A stretch of DNA of 64,000 bases from Basidiobolus meristosporus CBS 931.73 (Eukaryota > Fungi > Basidiobolomycota): the NCBI GenBank assembly GCA_002104905.1, contig MCFE01000010.1, forward strand, positions 200,165 through 264,164, given 5' to 3'. A model generated the notes under the pieces. That model worked only from the letters and a program-made list of their open reading frames with translations. It did not search any database and had not been told where the DNA came from. Below are positions 11,477 to 26,281 of this stretch, piece by piece; the stretch's first letter is position 1; every line of letters begins with the position of its first letter. The position numbers were made by a program, and so were the translations under genes.

Positions 11477-13811
11477 ATGATGGAGATTCCTAAACCGCTG
11501 ACAGCCAAACTTACTAAAGGCACCAACACCACCTACTCAACAACTCTACCACCCATTCTACTGGCCACACATCAGTCTATCCTCCCCATACCACCAGTAC
11601 TTCCTTCCCCAAACACAATATCCATTGCACATCCGAAACTCCCCAACCCTGCAATTAATCCTGTTTCGGGGTCGCAGACCGTTTCGATCCCTCCCGGAAA
11701 CAACCCCGATCCCCGTACACCTCCGGAGGAAGCCAGCGAAAACGTTACCCAGGGATACGATCCTTGCAAAAACCCCTCGGACACCGAGAGCTCCGATTTA
11801 GAAGGTGAGGCCATGCTGAAGAAACCTTCGGGTGTGAACCTTAGCATATCCAATACGGACGAACTCCGTAGACTAGCTCTAGAGTCCAGGGAGAGTTTGG
11901 AAGTCTTGGTGGCAAAGACGCACGAAACAACACCAGGGTCCGCGGATAAGGCGCGCTCAATACTGATCAGCACATGGTAATTATTTACGTAGTCAACACA
12001 GATATCGATGGCTCTCTACAACAATTCAACCGATGCTAGGTTGATTGACCATTACGAGTCGGTAGATGATCAAAGCGTCTCCAGAGAGGCACTGTATAAT
12101 CAATATACTTTGTATTGTGATAAGATCGGCGTGCATCATGTCAACTCGGCAAGTTTTGGAAAAATTGTACGCTCGGTATTCCCCAATATCACCACCAGGA
12201 GGCTCGGAACAAGGGGCCAGTCGAAATATCCTTTTGAAATTAGCGTGACTAATGTTCGGATTTCAATATATTACCCATAACTTTGGAATGCACGTATCAT
12301 TACTGGGGCATTCGGGCTAAGCAAGCGTCAACAGCCCCCTTTGCTCATAATACCATGGCTCCTATTAGAAGGTTTGAGTTTTGCAGGCGCTCCCCCCATA
12401 CACACGCTAACCTTTATCGCAAACAACAGAAAGAACAGTCAAGAATCCTCCCGATCGGAATCAAGCTCCAACGGCGACAGCTGGCACCCTATAGATATCG
12501 ACACACGAAGTGACAACGGCGGCTCTTCTGACCTGGTTTCTACAGCAATGGCGAACTTCACGACACTATATAGAACTCACTGTCAAGTTATATACGACCT
12601 GGCTGAACGGCAAAACTTTGCTGGAGTTAGTAATTTACCGTTAGATCTTGGCTGGAATGTTGCAACTGATCGAATACTGCTTAGATTTCCACAGTGATTA
12701 AGCAATTTTGGCAAGAGCTGGGGCCTCCATATAGGGGGATCGCAAATCATCCGGAAGTCATCCACAACATTGGAAATGACGACACAATACTTTACGATGT
12801 TAGTGCAGTTGTTATTGTTCCGGGATGTACCTCCACCATCTTGTCTGATTGCTACCTAGAACATTTCTAGGCTGCTATTTGCCACAGTTTTGACCCCTCT
12901 ACCACTAACTACGCTCCAGGCTATCCAAGATTTCGCCAAGCAATACGACGAATGGGTCGTTGTTTCGCTGTATGGTCATTCCCAGCAGCTGTGCTCGAAG
13001 AAGCTTGAAGGTATGGCGATGCACTTCAGACATGGACTCTGGATGCTACTGACCGTTCATTTGTAGTCGCTCGCACCTTCACCGGAATCCTTGCCAAACT
13101 TTGCTCGCTAAACCACCTAAGTCAGTCGGCAGCATCCATTGTCCAGAACAAGGATCAAACTACTCAAATGGTTGCCGACTGGGACAGCATTGATTTCGAA
13201 TCGCTACGTGATCAAGCAGCAATAATATGTCAGTGTGGCAAAACCGATCTGGTTCAAATAAGTGAGTCGTCTATTAAGACATTTTCTACAGAGCCCTTAA
13301 TTAACCCACTGCCATCAAGTGGAAATCGACATAAAGCAATTGCTGCAGTCATCTGCCCAGTTGGATCAATGGGTTGGCTGGGTTGAAACGATATGCAGTA
13401 AATTTGTCGGAGAGGTACCATGTCGATTCGTCACAGCGTAGACTGCTTAAGTGGACCTGCTGACGGCCATCTCTCATTTAGAATCTCACCGAAGAGGGAA
13501 TCACTGGTGCGCAAGCATTTGCGCTGAAATGGTCTTATTTTGGGTCGCTTGTCATCCGAGACCTCTCCATACGCAGCGCCCCAAGCTTTGGTTTGTGCTC
13601 TTCCTGTCGTTCGCGCATGAAAGTTACTGGATTAACCGTCAATCTAGGTTCTTTTCAAATCCTAAGGCTGTTTATCGACGATTATGTTTATCATTTAGTA
13701 CAGAAACAGATAGCGCAGGCAGCCAGTGTCAATACTACATCACCCACTCAGCCTTCAATGTTACCACGCCCCGTGCCGCTATCATCCACTTTTCCCTCTA
13801 GAATACCCTGA
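11477..13811 (+). CDS. RFX-family transcription factor (Sak1/Crt1-like), multi-exon
   Basis: RFX DNA-binding domain split by an intron: SVSREALYNQYTLYC...VNSASFGKIVRSVFPNITTRRLGTRGQSK|YHYWGI. Downstream exons resemble the RFX dimerisation region (FTTLYRTHCQ..., DWDSIDFESL...). Exon boundaries approximate. Confidence 0.87.
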
Positions 13812-13965
13812 CAACCGCTTCGTTGCGAAGGAACGACTCTCTACGAGATGAATAGAGCTGTAATGAATGCCAACTATTGGCATATATGTAGATGTCACCC
13901 AACTGGTAGCTGTATAGTTAACTATCCTTTATTTATCTTTGCAAGAAGCCACTAGCAATCTATTA

Positions 13966-15066
13966 TTATGGTTGGATCGAAGTTAATAAACTATGGTTCA
14001 TAACTGAGTAAATCTTTGTGCATGTATCAATACACTGCTCTATCGCCTAAAAGTATTAAAGAACGCTGTTGAGTATTGGCGTTGGCGGCGGCTGGTGTGC
14101 TAAAAACACTTACCTGATTAGACATGGCCACCTCGGTCTCTCCTCCTAGAACTATGTGTGTGACTTCGTTAAGGGATGGCATGTAAGAGAGAACCAACGA
14201 CCCTTGCTGTAGCTCCTCTTCGCTAGATGTACAATCAAGGATTACTTGAGATTGGAAGAAACCCTGTCGTCCCAGGAAAATTGCGGTTAGTACATGGGTA
14301 TGTAGCTTCACATTTAACCAGCTTGCATTACCCCTGATGAAGCGGCAACCAGGTCAAGCATCTCAATACCAGCATCAGCCAGAGCAACTGAAGCGCAGGT
14401 GATAGCCGCAGCAACAGTATTTCCAATACCGTCGCTCTCCAAAACACTGATGTAAATATCTACGACAGATTTAGGGAACAACTCCAGCCGAACTGAAGGA
14501 GTTAGGGCTTGGGTAATGATTTGGGATAGCTCTCTCTCTTGAGCATCCTGAAGAAAATGTATGAGCTGGGAAAGCTTAGGTTATCGGTGCTATATATATA
14601 TATATACGTACTCTAAGATGACCACGACGCTTGGCACAAGAGAACGGTGTGAATTTGAATTCGCAATTCAATTCCCCCTTGTTATTGAACGAAGGCTTCT
14701 TGGCTTGTCTGGGACCGTAGCTAGATTGAAAGAATCACTATGTGAGCCATTTGCCTCGAGCAAAGGTAAATTTGGGAAATATTCCCTACATGGCACAAGC
14801 AATCTTGGTATGTTGCATCTCGATGTAAGCTGAACCGTTGGCCTGGCTGATCAATCCAGTTTTCAGAACTACAAATTAAACGGGATCAATCTCCTGCAAC
14901 TGCTAGTATAAGCAAAAAGCATCATACATATCGGGCGGAGTTCTTCGGTTGATCTCCCGTCACTGCGTTTTTCCGCCAATGTCATAGGAATCACAGCTGG
15001 TGCCTTTTGATCTGTAAAGATTGGGGCCACGCTGAGTTCAGGGCCGTTGATGCGTTTTCTATCCAT
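13966..15066 (-). CDS. MTR3: Exosome RNase PH-like subunit Mtr3/EXOSC6, multi-exon
   Basis: N-terminus MDRKRINGP..., DGRSTEELRPI|FLKTGLISQANGSAYIE, SVVDIYISVLESDG, AAITCASVALADAGIEMLDLV. The RRINGP-type start is typical of fungal Mtr3. Confidence 0.8.
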
Positions 15067-15487
15067 GCTTTGGCGAGTTTCTTAATAAGTGATGGCGTCG
15101 GACTTCCTTTTAATTCAAACTAATTTACACTTGCAAACCACAAGAGACTTTATTGAACACACAGCTGGCACTTAGGATGATTTTTTTTCTCGTACAATCA
15201 AGTATTTCGCAAACATTTTTTCGCTCGCGAATACTAAATCGACGATCTTTCGGGAATAACTTAGTTAAGCCAATGTTCGGTGGTACGTATTTGTTCCCCC
15301 CCAGTTTTGGTTAAATGGTTGGTGGAATATTGAATTATTAAGCATTTGGAGATTTCTCTTGCGGAAAGAGAAAAAAAAGAAAAAAACCGATTGATGGATT
15401 TATGACCGTAGCAAGAAGGTCAAGTACAAGTTGGTTTAGAACGTGAGCAGAATTATCACTTCTTTCTTCCTTCTCTAGATCTTCAAT

Positions 15488-17158
15488 ATGGAATATCACC
15501 CGGTCGCTCAGCAACAACTCATGTAAGTCCAGTTTTTAAACCAAAAAGGCGTTGAATTACTAACACCTTTGGGTTCTAGCTTATGTTGTTCTTGCGGTAC
15601 CCCTATCCCGCCCAATCCGGCCAACATGTGCCTGAACTGCATTCGTAATGAGGTTGACATTACTGAGGGAATCCCAAAACAAGCTACTATTCATTTCTGC
15701 CGTAATTGTGAAAGATATCATCAACCACCCAATCTCTGGGTTAGCTGTCAGCTCGAATCTAGAGAGCTTTTAGCGTTGTGCCTGAAAAAGCTTAAAGGGC
15801 TTAGCAAGGTTCGACTTGTTGATGCCGGGTTTATCTGGACTGAACCTCATTCCCGTAGAATCAAGGTCAAACTAACCATCCAGAAAGAGGTACGTTTTTC
15901 TAACAACCGAGGGTTCGTTGCGATCCAGAGCTTTGGCTTACATGATAATTCTTAAGGTCTTTGCTTCTACTATCCTGCAACAAATTTTTGAGGTCGAGTT
16001 TGTGGTTTCCACTCAGCAGTGTGAAGAGTGTACCAGGGTCGCCGCCCAAAATACCTGGAAGGCCACTGTACAAGTAAGACAGAAGGTAAGGCGCATCAAA
16101 CTAACATTCCCGGTCATTATGTTTGCTCATTGCTGTTTGCTTGCCCGTAGGTCAACCATAAGCGTACTTTCATGTACTTGGAGCAGCTTATCCTTAAGCA
16201 CAATGCCCACAAGGATACAATCAACATCAAGGAAGTTAGAGATGGGTTGGATTTCTTCTACGCCCAACGTAGTCATGCCGTCAAAATGGTGGAGTTCTTG
16301 AGTGCAGTCACCCCTGTTCGCTCGAAGACCTCCGAGCAGCTTATTTCCAGTGATATTCACAGTGGTACATCCAACTACAAATTCACCTACTCGGTGGAAA
16401 TCGTACCAGTATGCAAGGATGACCTTGTCTGCCTACCCGTCAAGCTTGCCAGATCTCTCGGAAACATCCAGCCTTTAGTTCTTTGCTCTCGTATTGGTAA
16501 CTCTATCCATGTTATGGACCCGAATACTCTGGAATATGCTGATATTTCGAACTCCGTTTTCTGGAGAAATCCGTTCGACTCCCTTGCCACAGTCAAGGAT
16601 ATGGTGGAATACTATGTTCTGGACGTTGAAGTACTAGGTACTGTCCGTGGAAAGCACGTCTTGGCTGATGTCATGGTTGCACGTAGCAGCGACTACGGCA
16701 AGAACGACACCACCTTCTTTGCTCGTTCTCACCTCGGTGGCATCTTGAATTTGGGAGACACCGTTATGGGCTATGATCTCACCAGTGCCAACTTCAACAA
16801 TGCCGATTTCGATACCCTCAACAGAAACGCCCTCCCTGATGTTATCTTAGTCAAGAAGAGCTATCCTAACCGAAAGAAGAAGAACAAGCGCCAATGGAAG
16901 CTCAAGAATTTGAACAAGGAGGAAGAAGAGATGGCCCCCAGAAAGCAAGATCAAGAGAAACTCGAGCAAGACTTTGAGCTCTTCTTGCGTGATCTCGAAG
17001 AAGATCCCGAGCTTCGTTCCACCATCAATCTCTACAAGTCCGAGCAGAAGCCTGATCCTAATGCTATGGAGACCGACGTGGATATGTCTGATGACGAGGG
17101 TGCTCCTGAGATTCCTCTGGAAGAACTCCTTGAGGATTTAGCTATTAACGATGAATAA
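15488..17158 (+). CDS. NMD3: 60S ribosomal export adaptor Nmd3, multi-exon
   Basis: CCSCGTPIPPNPANMCLNC, FCRNCERY, DAGFIWTEPHSRRIKVKLTIQKE, YLEQLILKH, acidic C-terminus with NES-like LEELLEDLAI. Confidence 0.96.
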
Positions 17159-17693
17159 TTCAGATGGTTTATGCTGACTAGAGTTTTTGAACCCTTCGTT
17201 ATTTATCACTAGCCCCCATTTCCTCAATAGCCGCTCACTTTTCGTCTGTAATTCATATTCCATTTGTTCTACAGCTTTGCATATTGACCTGATTTGTTAC
17301 AAAGCAATATCCACTGATATTAATGATATAATAATAGATACAATATATCCCCAACACGCTTTACTGATTTGTTCAGCCAATTTCACTCCTATTCTCCCAC
17401 CATAGCGATCAGAATTCATGGAAATCGCAGTTGTGTCGGAATGTGGGTCAAGCATGGTGCCGCAGGTTGATGATTTCATTCAACAGGTTCCATAGAAATG
17501 AAAGCTATCACTGGTTCAATTTGGGTAGTTGGTTTGGTGACCTAGTGTCCCCAATTTGTTCTCAACAAAATGATATGGGGAAGTCACGTGCTTGATCCAC
17601 CATCAGTGACAAAAAAGTGGGGTTGTAGCATCGGTTTATGCATACACGACACAACGAAGAGAGGTTGCTTTTATCGACTTTTCTTATCACAAG

Positions 17694-18644
17694 ATGCTCG
17701 CTAACGTCGGTTTAAACCTTGTCGCTAAGTCCACTGCAGGTAGGTATATACGCTTATCCCAAGTCACCCTAATGCAATCGTGCAATCGGATTCCGTCAAG
17801 TATGTTTTTCAGCTGCTGAAACCATTCGTCTTTTTCTAGCTTCAGCCGCTCGTACATTGGCAGTTAGAACTCCCGCTGTTTTGCAAAACCAAAGATTATT
17901 CCATTCTACCTCCAAAGATGAAAGCGAGAATGGTACATATTTATACACTCGGAACCCCTTTTCTATCTAACCTCGTATCCAACGCTCAGTATTTACTAAC
18001 TGACTATTAGCTGTAGCTGCCCCCAAGTTCACTACCGTCGGTGAACCTAACAGCGTTGCCCGTAAGTTACAGTACGATGCTTTGACTAGATCCCCTGCAG
18101 ATTCTTATTATGACATTTCCAGAAATTGCCCTTTCTACCGTTGATAAATTGGTCAACTGGGGCCGTACCAGTTCTATTTGGCCAATGACTTTCGGTCTCG
18201 CTTGTTGTGCTGTTGAAATGATGCATATGGCCGCCGCCCGTTACGACCAGGATCGTATTGGTATCGTTTTCCGTGCTTCTCCTCGTCAGTCCGATGTCAT
18301 GATTGTTGCGGGTACCCTTACCAATAAGATGGCACCCGCTTTGAGAAAGGTTTACGATCAGGTACTTGCTTGGATATGTTCTTTGCTTGCCAACGAGACT
18401 GTCTGCTAATCAACTTTTCTAGATGCCCGAACCTCGTTGGGTTATTTCCATGGGATCCTGTGCTAATGGAGGTGGTTACTATCACTATTCTTACGCTGTT
18501 GTTCGTGGGTGTGATCGTATCGTACCTGTCGATATCTACGTCCCAGGATGCCCACCTACTGCTGAGGCTTTAATGTACGGAGTCATGCAACTACAGAAGA
18601 AGATGAGAAGAGGACGTGTTGCCACCATGTGGTATAGAAAGTAA
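17694..18644 (+). CDS. NDUFS7: NADH:ubiquinone oxidoreductase 20-kDa Fe-S subunit (PSST/NuoB), multi-exon
   Basis: [58 protein letters not shown]|[38 protein letters not shown]. Confidence 0.97.
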
Positions 18645-19004
18645 ATTTGAAGTCGCATTAACTTAAAATTGTCACCCAGGACAAACAGCCTGATATTATG
18701 GCCTCTCACCGTCTACTAAACTGGTTCCTTACGGAATCAAAATTTTCCTGATTCTCTTCATTCATTCATTTTGCTTCTCGTTGTGAAATTCGATCTTAAG
18801 CGATCGATGTTTACTTAACCCATCTATGGCAACTCGTGAAATTCCAATAAAAACGTGCTGTATATTTTCTATATGATCCGCCCCCTGGGTTCTTCCCGAC
18901 ACAATGTTCTAAAGGTAATGAGCATTTATTGAGGAAAACAGTTCTATAAAACAAAAATTGGATTCAAACGAAGACAGGGCAGATGGAACTCCGCCACACT
19001 CCCT

Positions 19005-20954
<1,950 letters not shown>

Positions 20955-23459
20955 GGTGTATGCAGTGGAATAACTATTTCAGATGAAGGAGCTCCACATG
21001 GAGAACGTCGCGTTTTTATTATTTGGAATACCGAGGACAAATTTGGGAATGTGTGGTTGATTGGATCAATATACATGGACCGAGTGTCTGGACAGGGTAA
21101 ATGAACCAATTTTGGACAGCGTCAATGGTTGGATTTTCGGGTGCATTTATGATTTGAAATGGTTCAAATGAACAGCAATGCTGGATGGTAATAAATTGTA
21201 AAGAGGCTAGAATGTAGCGATAACAAAAATTGCGAATCTTGGCTTTTTCTCCTCCTTGAAAGTTCTAGGCGCGTAAGCCAAATGGCGTAAATCCCCATAC
21301 TTTTCCTTGGCCAGTCTCACCACTCAGTATACCCAGGCAGCATTCTAGGTGGCCGTCATTGAGAACAAGCATTGAGGGAGCATTAATGAAAGTGAGGCTG
21401 CTTAGAAAACCTCGTTGTCCGTGTGGTGAACGCAGAGCAATGAATCTAGAATCAACATCAAATGAGGCCCAGTTATGTATAATATATATTTTTCCGTTGA
21501 TTGTCGTAAGATAAGGAGTCATCAGCGCAACCAATCCTAGCACGATCTCATTCACGAACTCATATCAATGATGGCCAGGACACTAGGAAGAATGTCAAGC
21601 ACGCAACCTTTTCTACCCTTATCAATCAAATGGGCTTCCCCAATACAGTAATCCCTCGGTTAAGTTATACTGAATTGATCTTCACGCATTTGCTTGGCAC
21701 CCATCTGGTGTTACTTTGTACCTTGACAATTCCCTAGCTTATAGAAAATGTTTAGCCATAAATCCAGGCATCACTCTTTCCACATATATGGCTTGCTCAT
21801 AATGCAGTACGCTTTGGATGAGCTAGAAACAAGTCACTACGTATCGGCCTAGAAAGACCTTTGAGGGGACAGTTCATAATCATATGACTGAGAGAATGCA
21901 ATCTTGCTTGGCGTGCGATTAAGGGTCCTTCAACTTTTGGCGGACTGGGATACGTCGATATCCCCTCATTTTCCGCTAAGCCTTCTGGGGCCCAATGTGT
22001 ATATGCCAAGCTAAATCCATCAACACACGGAATATCAATGCGAATACTTTTCTATGGTGACACCAGGCAAGAGTATACGTGCGCTCTCAGATCTTAGCCT
22101 CGATCCAAGCAGAACGAATACACCACCCTGTCAAGTACTGCAAATAAGCCCCTTTCTGGTGGGATTCCATGAACTCTTGTCCGCCCTCACCATCCTGTAT
22201 TGACGCTCAACGCCAATCTCACGCAACTTTATATCCGTGATCATAGGCCCTAGATTCGATGGACTGCCTGACCAAGTTCAACAATATATGAGAATCCTTT
22301 TTGGAAGGAGCCCAATATCTCGATCTGGCGAGGGCCGTCGTTCGTGAGTTGACGGAATAATGGCCTGTATCTGCACACTGCCTTGAAGGTGTTGCTTCCC
22401 GTTGTAAAAAGCATCTGTCACCACCCCTACCTCAAGCTTGGCTTTCGTTATCAATCACGATGAATCTCTCAATTGTGATTGAATACCTGACCAATCATCA
22501 AAAGCAAGATGGTGACCATCCAGCTCGAAGGTACCATGTTGAAACAAACTTTACTCATCTTCTTGGTGCATCCTCTGTAAGAGGTAGGTATGTGTGTGAA
22601 ATTTCGGAATCAAATCACTTGACCTAAACAGAATGATGGGCAATTCTGATCACGTGTGAACACCCACGAACCTTGGTTAATGGAGTGTTTATTTTATTCC
22701 AAAAACTGATCACATTCCATCCCTATTGGCTTTGCATTGAATTCCATAGTGTCTACATTTTTTTAAAAACCCTTCTTGGGGAATCGAAACCCGAGCCTTC
22801 GAATGTTCTCGAAAATACTCAACTCGCCAAATCTGCTGAACTAGAGTGAGCAGGGCTTTTTTTCTCACAGAGATCCAAGCAAGTTTCACTGGGCTACTCT
22901 CTTTCCCTACCATTGGCTCGCCGCCTCCAGCGTATTACATAAATTTCATACTTTTACCAAATCAACGTATTTTCCGACGTCCTGTGGCGGATCTTACGGC
23001 CAATCATGTTACAGTATCGTTTGGTACTCCAAATATAGATAGTTTCGAAACTTCTGTTCAATAAGAAGGTCGTGTACATGCATTTGTACATAGGAATCTT
23101 GCCTGTTCGCAAGGCAAAGATGGGAGTATCCTCGAATATTTGCAAGCATATTCCAATGATGGTTGGAAAATATCGCATCTCATGTAATTGCTGCTTCAGT
23201 TTGCTTAGTGAATGAGTTTTGTAGGTAGGTCTATATGCTGATCCATTTCATTTTATGTATGACAATCCATATTTATATCCATATGACATAATGTGATATT
23301 ATCGGATATTCCTAGCCACAGTAGGGTTTCCGATTTACTCAAAACGAGTGAATGAGTTCCGAAATTACTTAGACTATTTTCGTCTACTACCAGCTACCAA
23401 CACACGATTAGTTTATAGCAGCTCAGCAAAGCAAGCTTCTCAACCGCCAATTACACCAA

Positions 23460-24780
23460 TGTCTGAGGTTTTTATTAAAAATTTTAAGCTCAACAATGAG
23501 CTCAATACTACAAAGCTCCCCTCCTTTCAGTTGGAAAAGTCCGCGTTTCAATTTTCGCTCCCTTTGCGCCCAAATGTTTGCGTGACATGTTTGACATGTT
23601 TGACCTGTGCCGGAAGATATGGTACTAATGATTGCCAGTGTACTGCAACAGAAATTCAGTGGAACAAGAAAAAGTTGGGCTACAAGGTCGAGTTTCGTCG
23701 TAGAAGTATCATTCCCAACAACCGAGTCTTCATGAGCTGGTTGAAAGCCAATCTCTCTCAGAGATTAATTTGGGACGAGTCTTGCAAAGAGGTTAAACTC
23801 TGTATGTCTTGCAATTCAATCTGTCGTAGATGGGCGAAAGGTATCTACAATATTAATATTCTTTGCCAGCTCTTCCATTACTTACACCAGATTGTTCCTG
23901 TAGTGTTTAACGAAGACATTTCTGGGAATAAGCTCTCTCCCGGAAGCGGTAGATTTCGCTCTTCCAATATCACCACCAGTAAGCGCAGCCCAGTATCGAA
24001 AATGACTGCCAGTAAACGCGTTCAAGGTATGAAATTGTTGAATAGCTAAAAGAAAATCGCAGCGAGTTAAATATGTTTGTCAACTAGACTGCATCGTATC
24101 CTCAGATAGCTTCTTAGTATCACAGCTAAAAAGCCCCATCTCAAGTCTTTCAACCCAAAATAATGTAACGCTCTGCCAGGATTATGTCAAAAGTGAAACG
24201 AATACAATTTTACCGCCTCTTCCATCACAAACAACGACGCCGCACAATACGAAAATAAGAAAGAACATCACAGCAAGAAACACACCTCCGAGCCTTGAAG
24301 ATGACGATAGAAGGTGTCAATTCTCTTCGCCCTCGCCGTCACCGCGACTGCAAACGCCTTCCAATGGGGATATTGCACCGTTAGTCACTTATGATCTGGC
24401 CCAGTTAATTGCATCAGCTTCGCCAAAAGGTAAAATACCTTGATGAATTGTGTTTTCTTGCGCGTTGAACCATTATTGATTCGCACTGCTACGTAGAAAT
24501 TATTCCATTGAGAACGGTTACTCTCCGCGTAGGCAAGAAGATAGTCAAAGACCGAATAATGATAGATTCCAAGATAACGTTCAACAACCTAATACAATCC
24601 GCCGTGCTGTCTAGTCCCCCAGCAGGAAAGCGATATGTGATCAAGAGCATGGATAAACAATACGAATATCTGCCTGACGACTTCGTCTCACAAACATTTC
24701 GTGGCATTGAGCATGTGGAACTCTACCTTGATCATGAATCGGTTCCATCGATCAATTTGGGGGACTTTGATGTATGCTAA
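23460..24780 (+). CDS. Hypothetical Cys-rich protein, multi-exon
   Basis: Long ORF 23348-24049 with CVTCLTCLTC...CQC and CMSCNSIC, putative introns near 23852-23890 and 24430-24495, and a terminal exon 24508-24780. No family recognised; start uncertain. Confidence 0.5.
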
Positions 24781-25714
24781 GAGAAATGCATCAAGTTGGC
24801 ATTGTAAATAGTCCTTGTAATTTGTTGTTCTTGTGAACCTACATAGCATTCATTCAATTTTCCAAAAGCATTTTGCTATTGATGTATATATATATATATT
24901 GTGAAGTTGCAAATTTTGTATATGGAGTGCAATAATTTGATCCGAGAGAATAAATCTAGCGATCGGATGCAAACCACTTGAGCGATTAATCGAAATCACT
25001 GTGTCGAGTAGTAGGCATGGATCTTTTACAAATAATGTGGTAATTCTGATCAATCTCAACTAATTATGGTTTTTATAACCTTAGTGTTAGAGATCTGATT
25101 TCAGAATATTATTTCGTGATCCGGAATAAACTAAATTCGACTTAAAGCTCTTGGTGTTCATTCAGGAATAGCTTTCATTGACAAGCTCAGGTTAGCGGAA
25201 TTAGTAAATGCTAATTACACATTTATACACCTGATGTGAACCGTAAGTGCTAAGGTTCTTCAACTTCACAATGGAAGTGGAGTATAGCAGTAATAAAATG
25301 TATTTGTGACGTAAAGTTGGTCAATATTTTGGTGAAGGTTACTATTTGTGCATTAGTGGGCTTCGAATACTTGAAATTCACAGCCAAGGCTTAATTGAGA
25401 TCCCGGATCAATGTTGTATCTACAAAAACTCCAGCTTGACCTACTTCACAATTTCTCCAAAATATTCACTATAAACATTAATATATTTAACGGGCAGATC
25501 CAGATAAAATCTAAAAATCCAAACCGACTTTAACTTCTCATAATTGCAGGGTACATTAATTCACAAATATTAAATGCAGCTGTAATTCTTTACCAATATT
25601 TCTATATATGTTAAAGTATCTTGATAGTTTGGAAGCCGTACTACACATAAAACAACCCTCTTGGTAGTACTCATAACAAATATGGTAACAGTAAGCTCAC
25701 TGACTCCAGCAATA

Positions 25715-25790
25715 TTTACAAAGTGCCAGCATAGCACCAGCAGAATACCATATGAAATCCAAAGTGGATATTTTTCATAGAGTACATGTG
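25715..25790. repeat. Short fragment of the dispersed degenerate repeat family
   Basis: gccagcatagcaccagcagaataccatatgaaatccaaagtggatatttttcatag resembles 5950-6035 and the reverse complement of 41970-42060. Confidence 0.45.
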
Positions 25791-26281
25791 CGTGCCACCC
25801 TACCGTATGCTTGTTGCTCGAATAGGCAGAACCTGAAAGACATGGTTGGCGAAGGGGCCAACCTCCCCTACATGTCGGCTATGGGGGTGCGCTCCAAGGT
25901 TGACAGGAGAAACTCATAAATGATCAGCTAGAGATATTTGACAGCCAGTTCAATTCATAAACTTGATGTTGGTCTACATCTATAGTATGGTGAAATCATA
26001 TTATTCTGACCAATTAGAGGCCGGTTTAATGCACCCAAGGATAATCGAGTCGAAGGTGCTTTCTTAATTCCTTTATTGTATACGACTTCAAAGTGACTAA
26101 ATGCCAATATTTTCCTCAGAATTCCTTGAAGGTCTACGAACTGTTGAAACAAAAGAGTTCCGACCAATCAGCCCTCGATCTGTAGCTGCAAGCTTAAATA
26201 CTAAATGCATTTCAATTTATTCAGTAGCTAATCCTTTCTTTATTTCTTACTTGACTTCTATACATCATAATTCCTCTCACC

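Noticed and set aside
1542-13811. Forkhead and RFX genes close together (FoxJ1/RFX ciliogenesis pair in animals)
   Set aside because: Both families are universal in fungi, the genes are 9 kb apart with unrelated genes between, and nothing marks the forkhead as FoxJ1.
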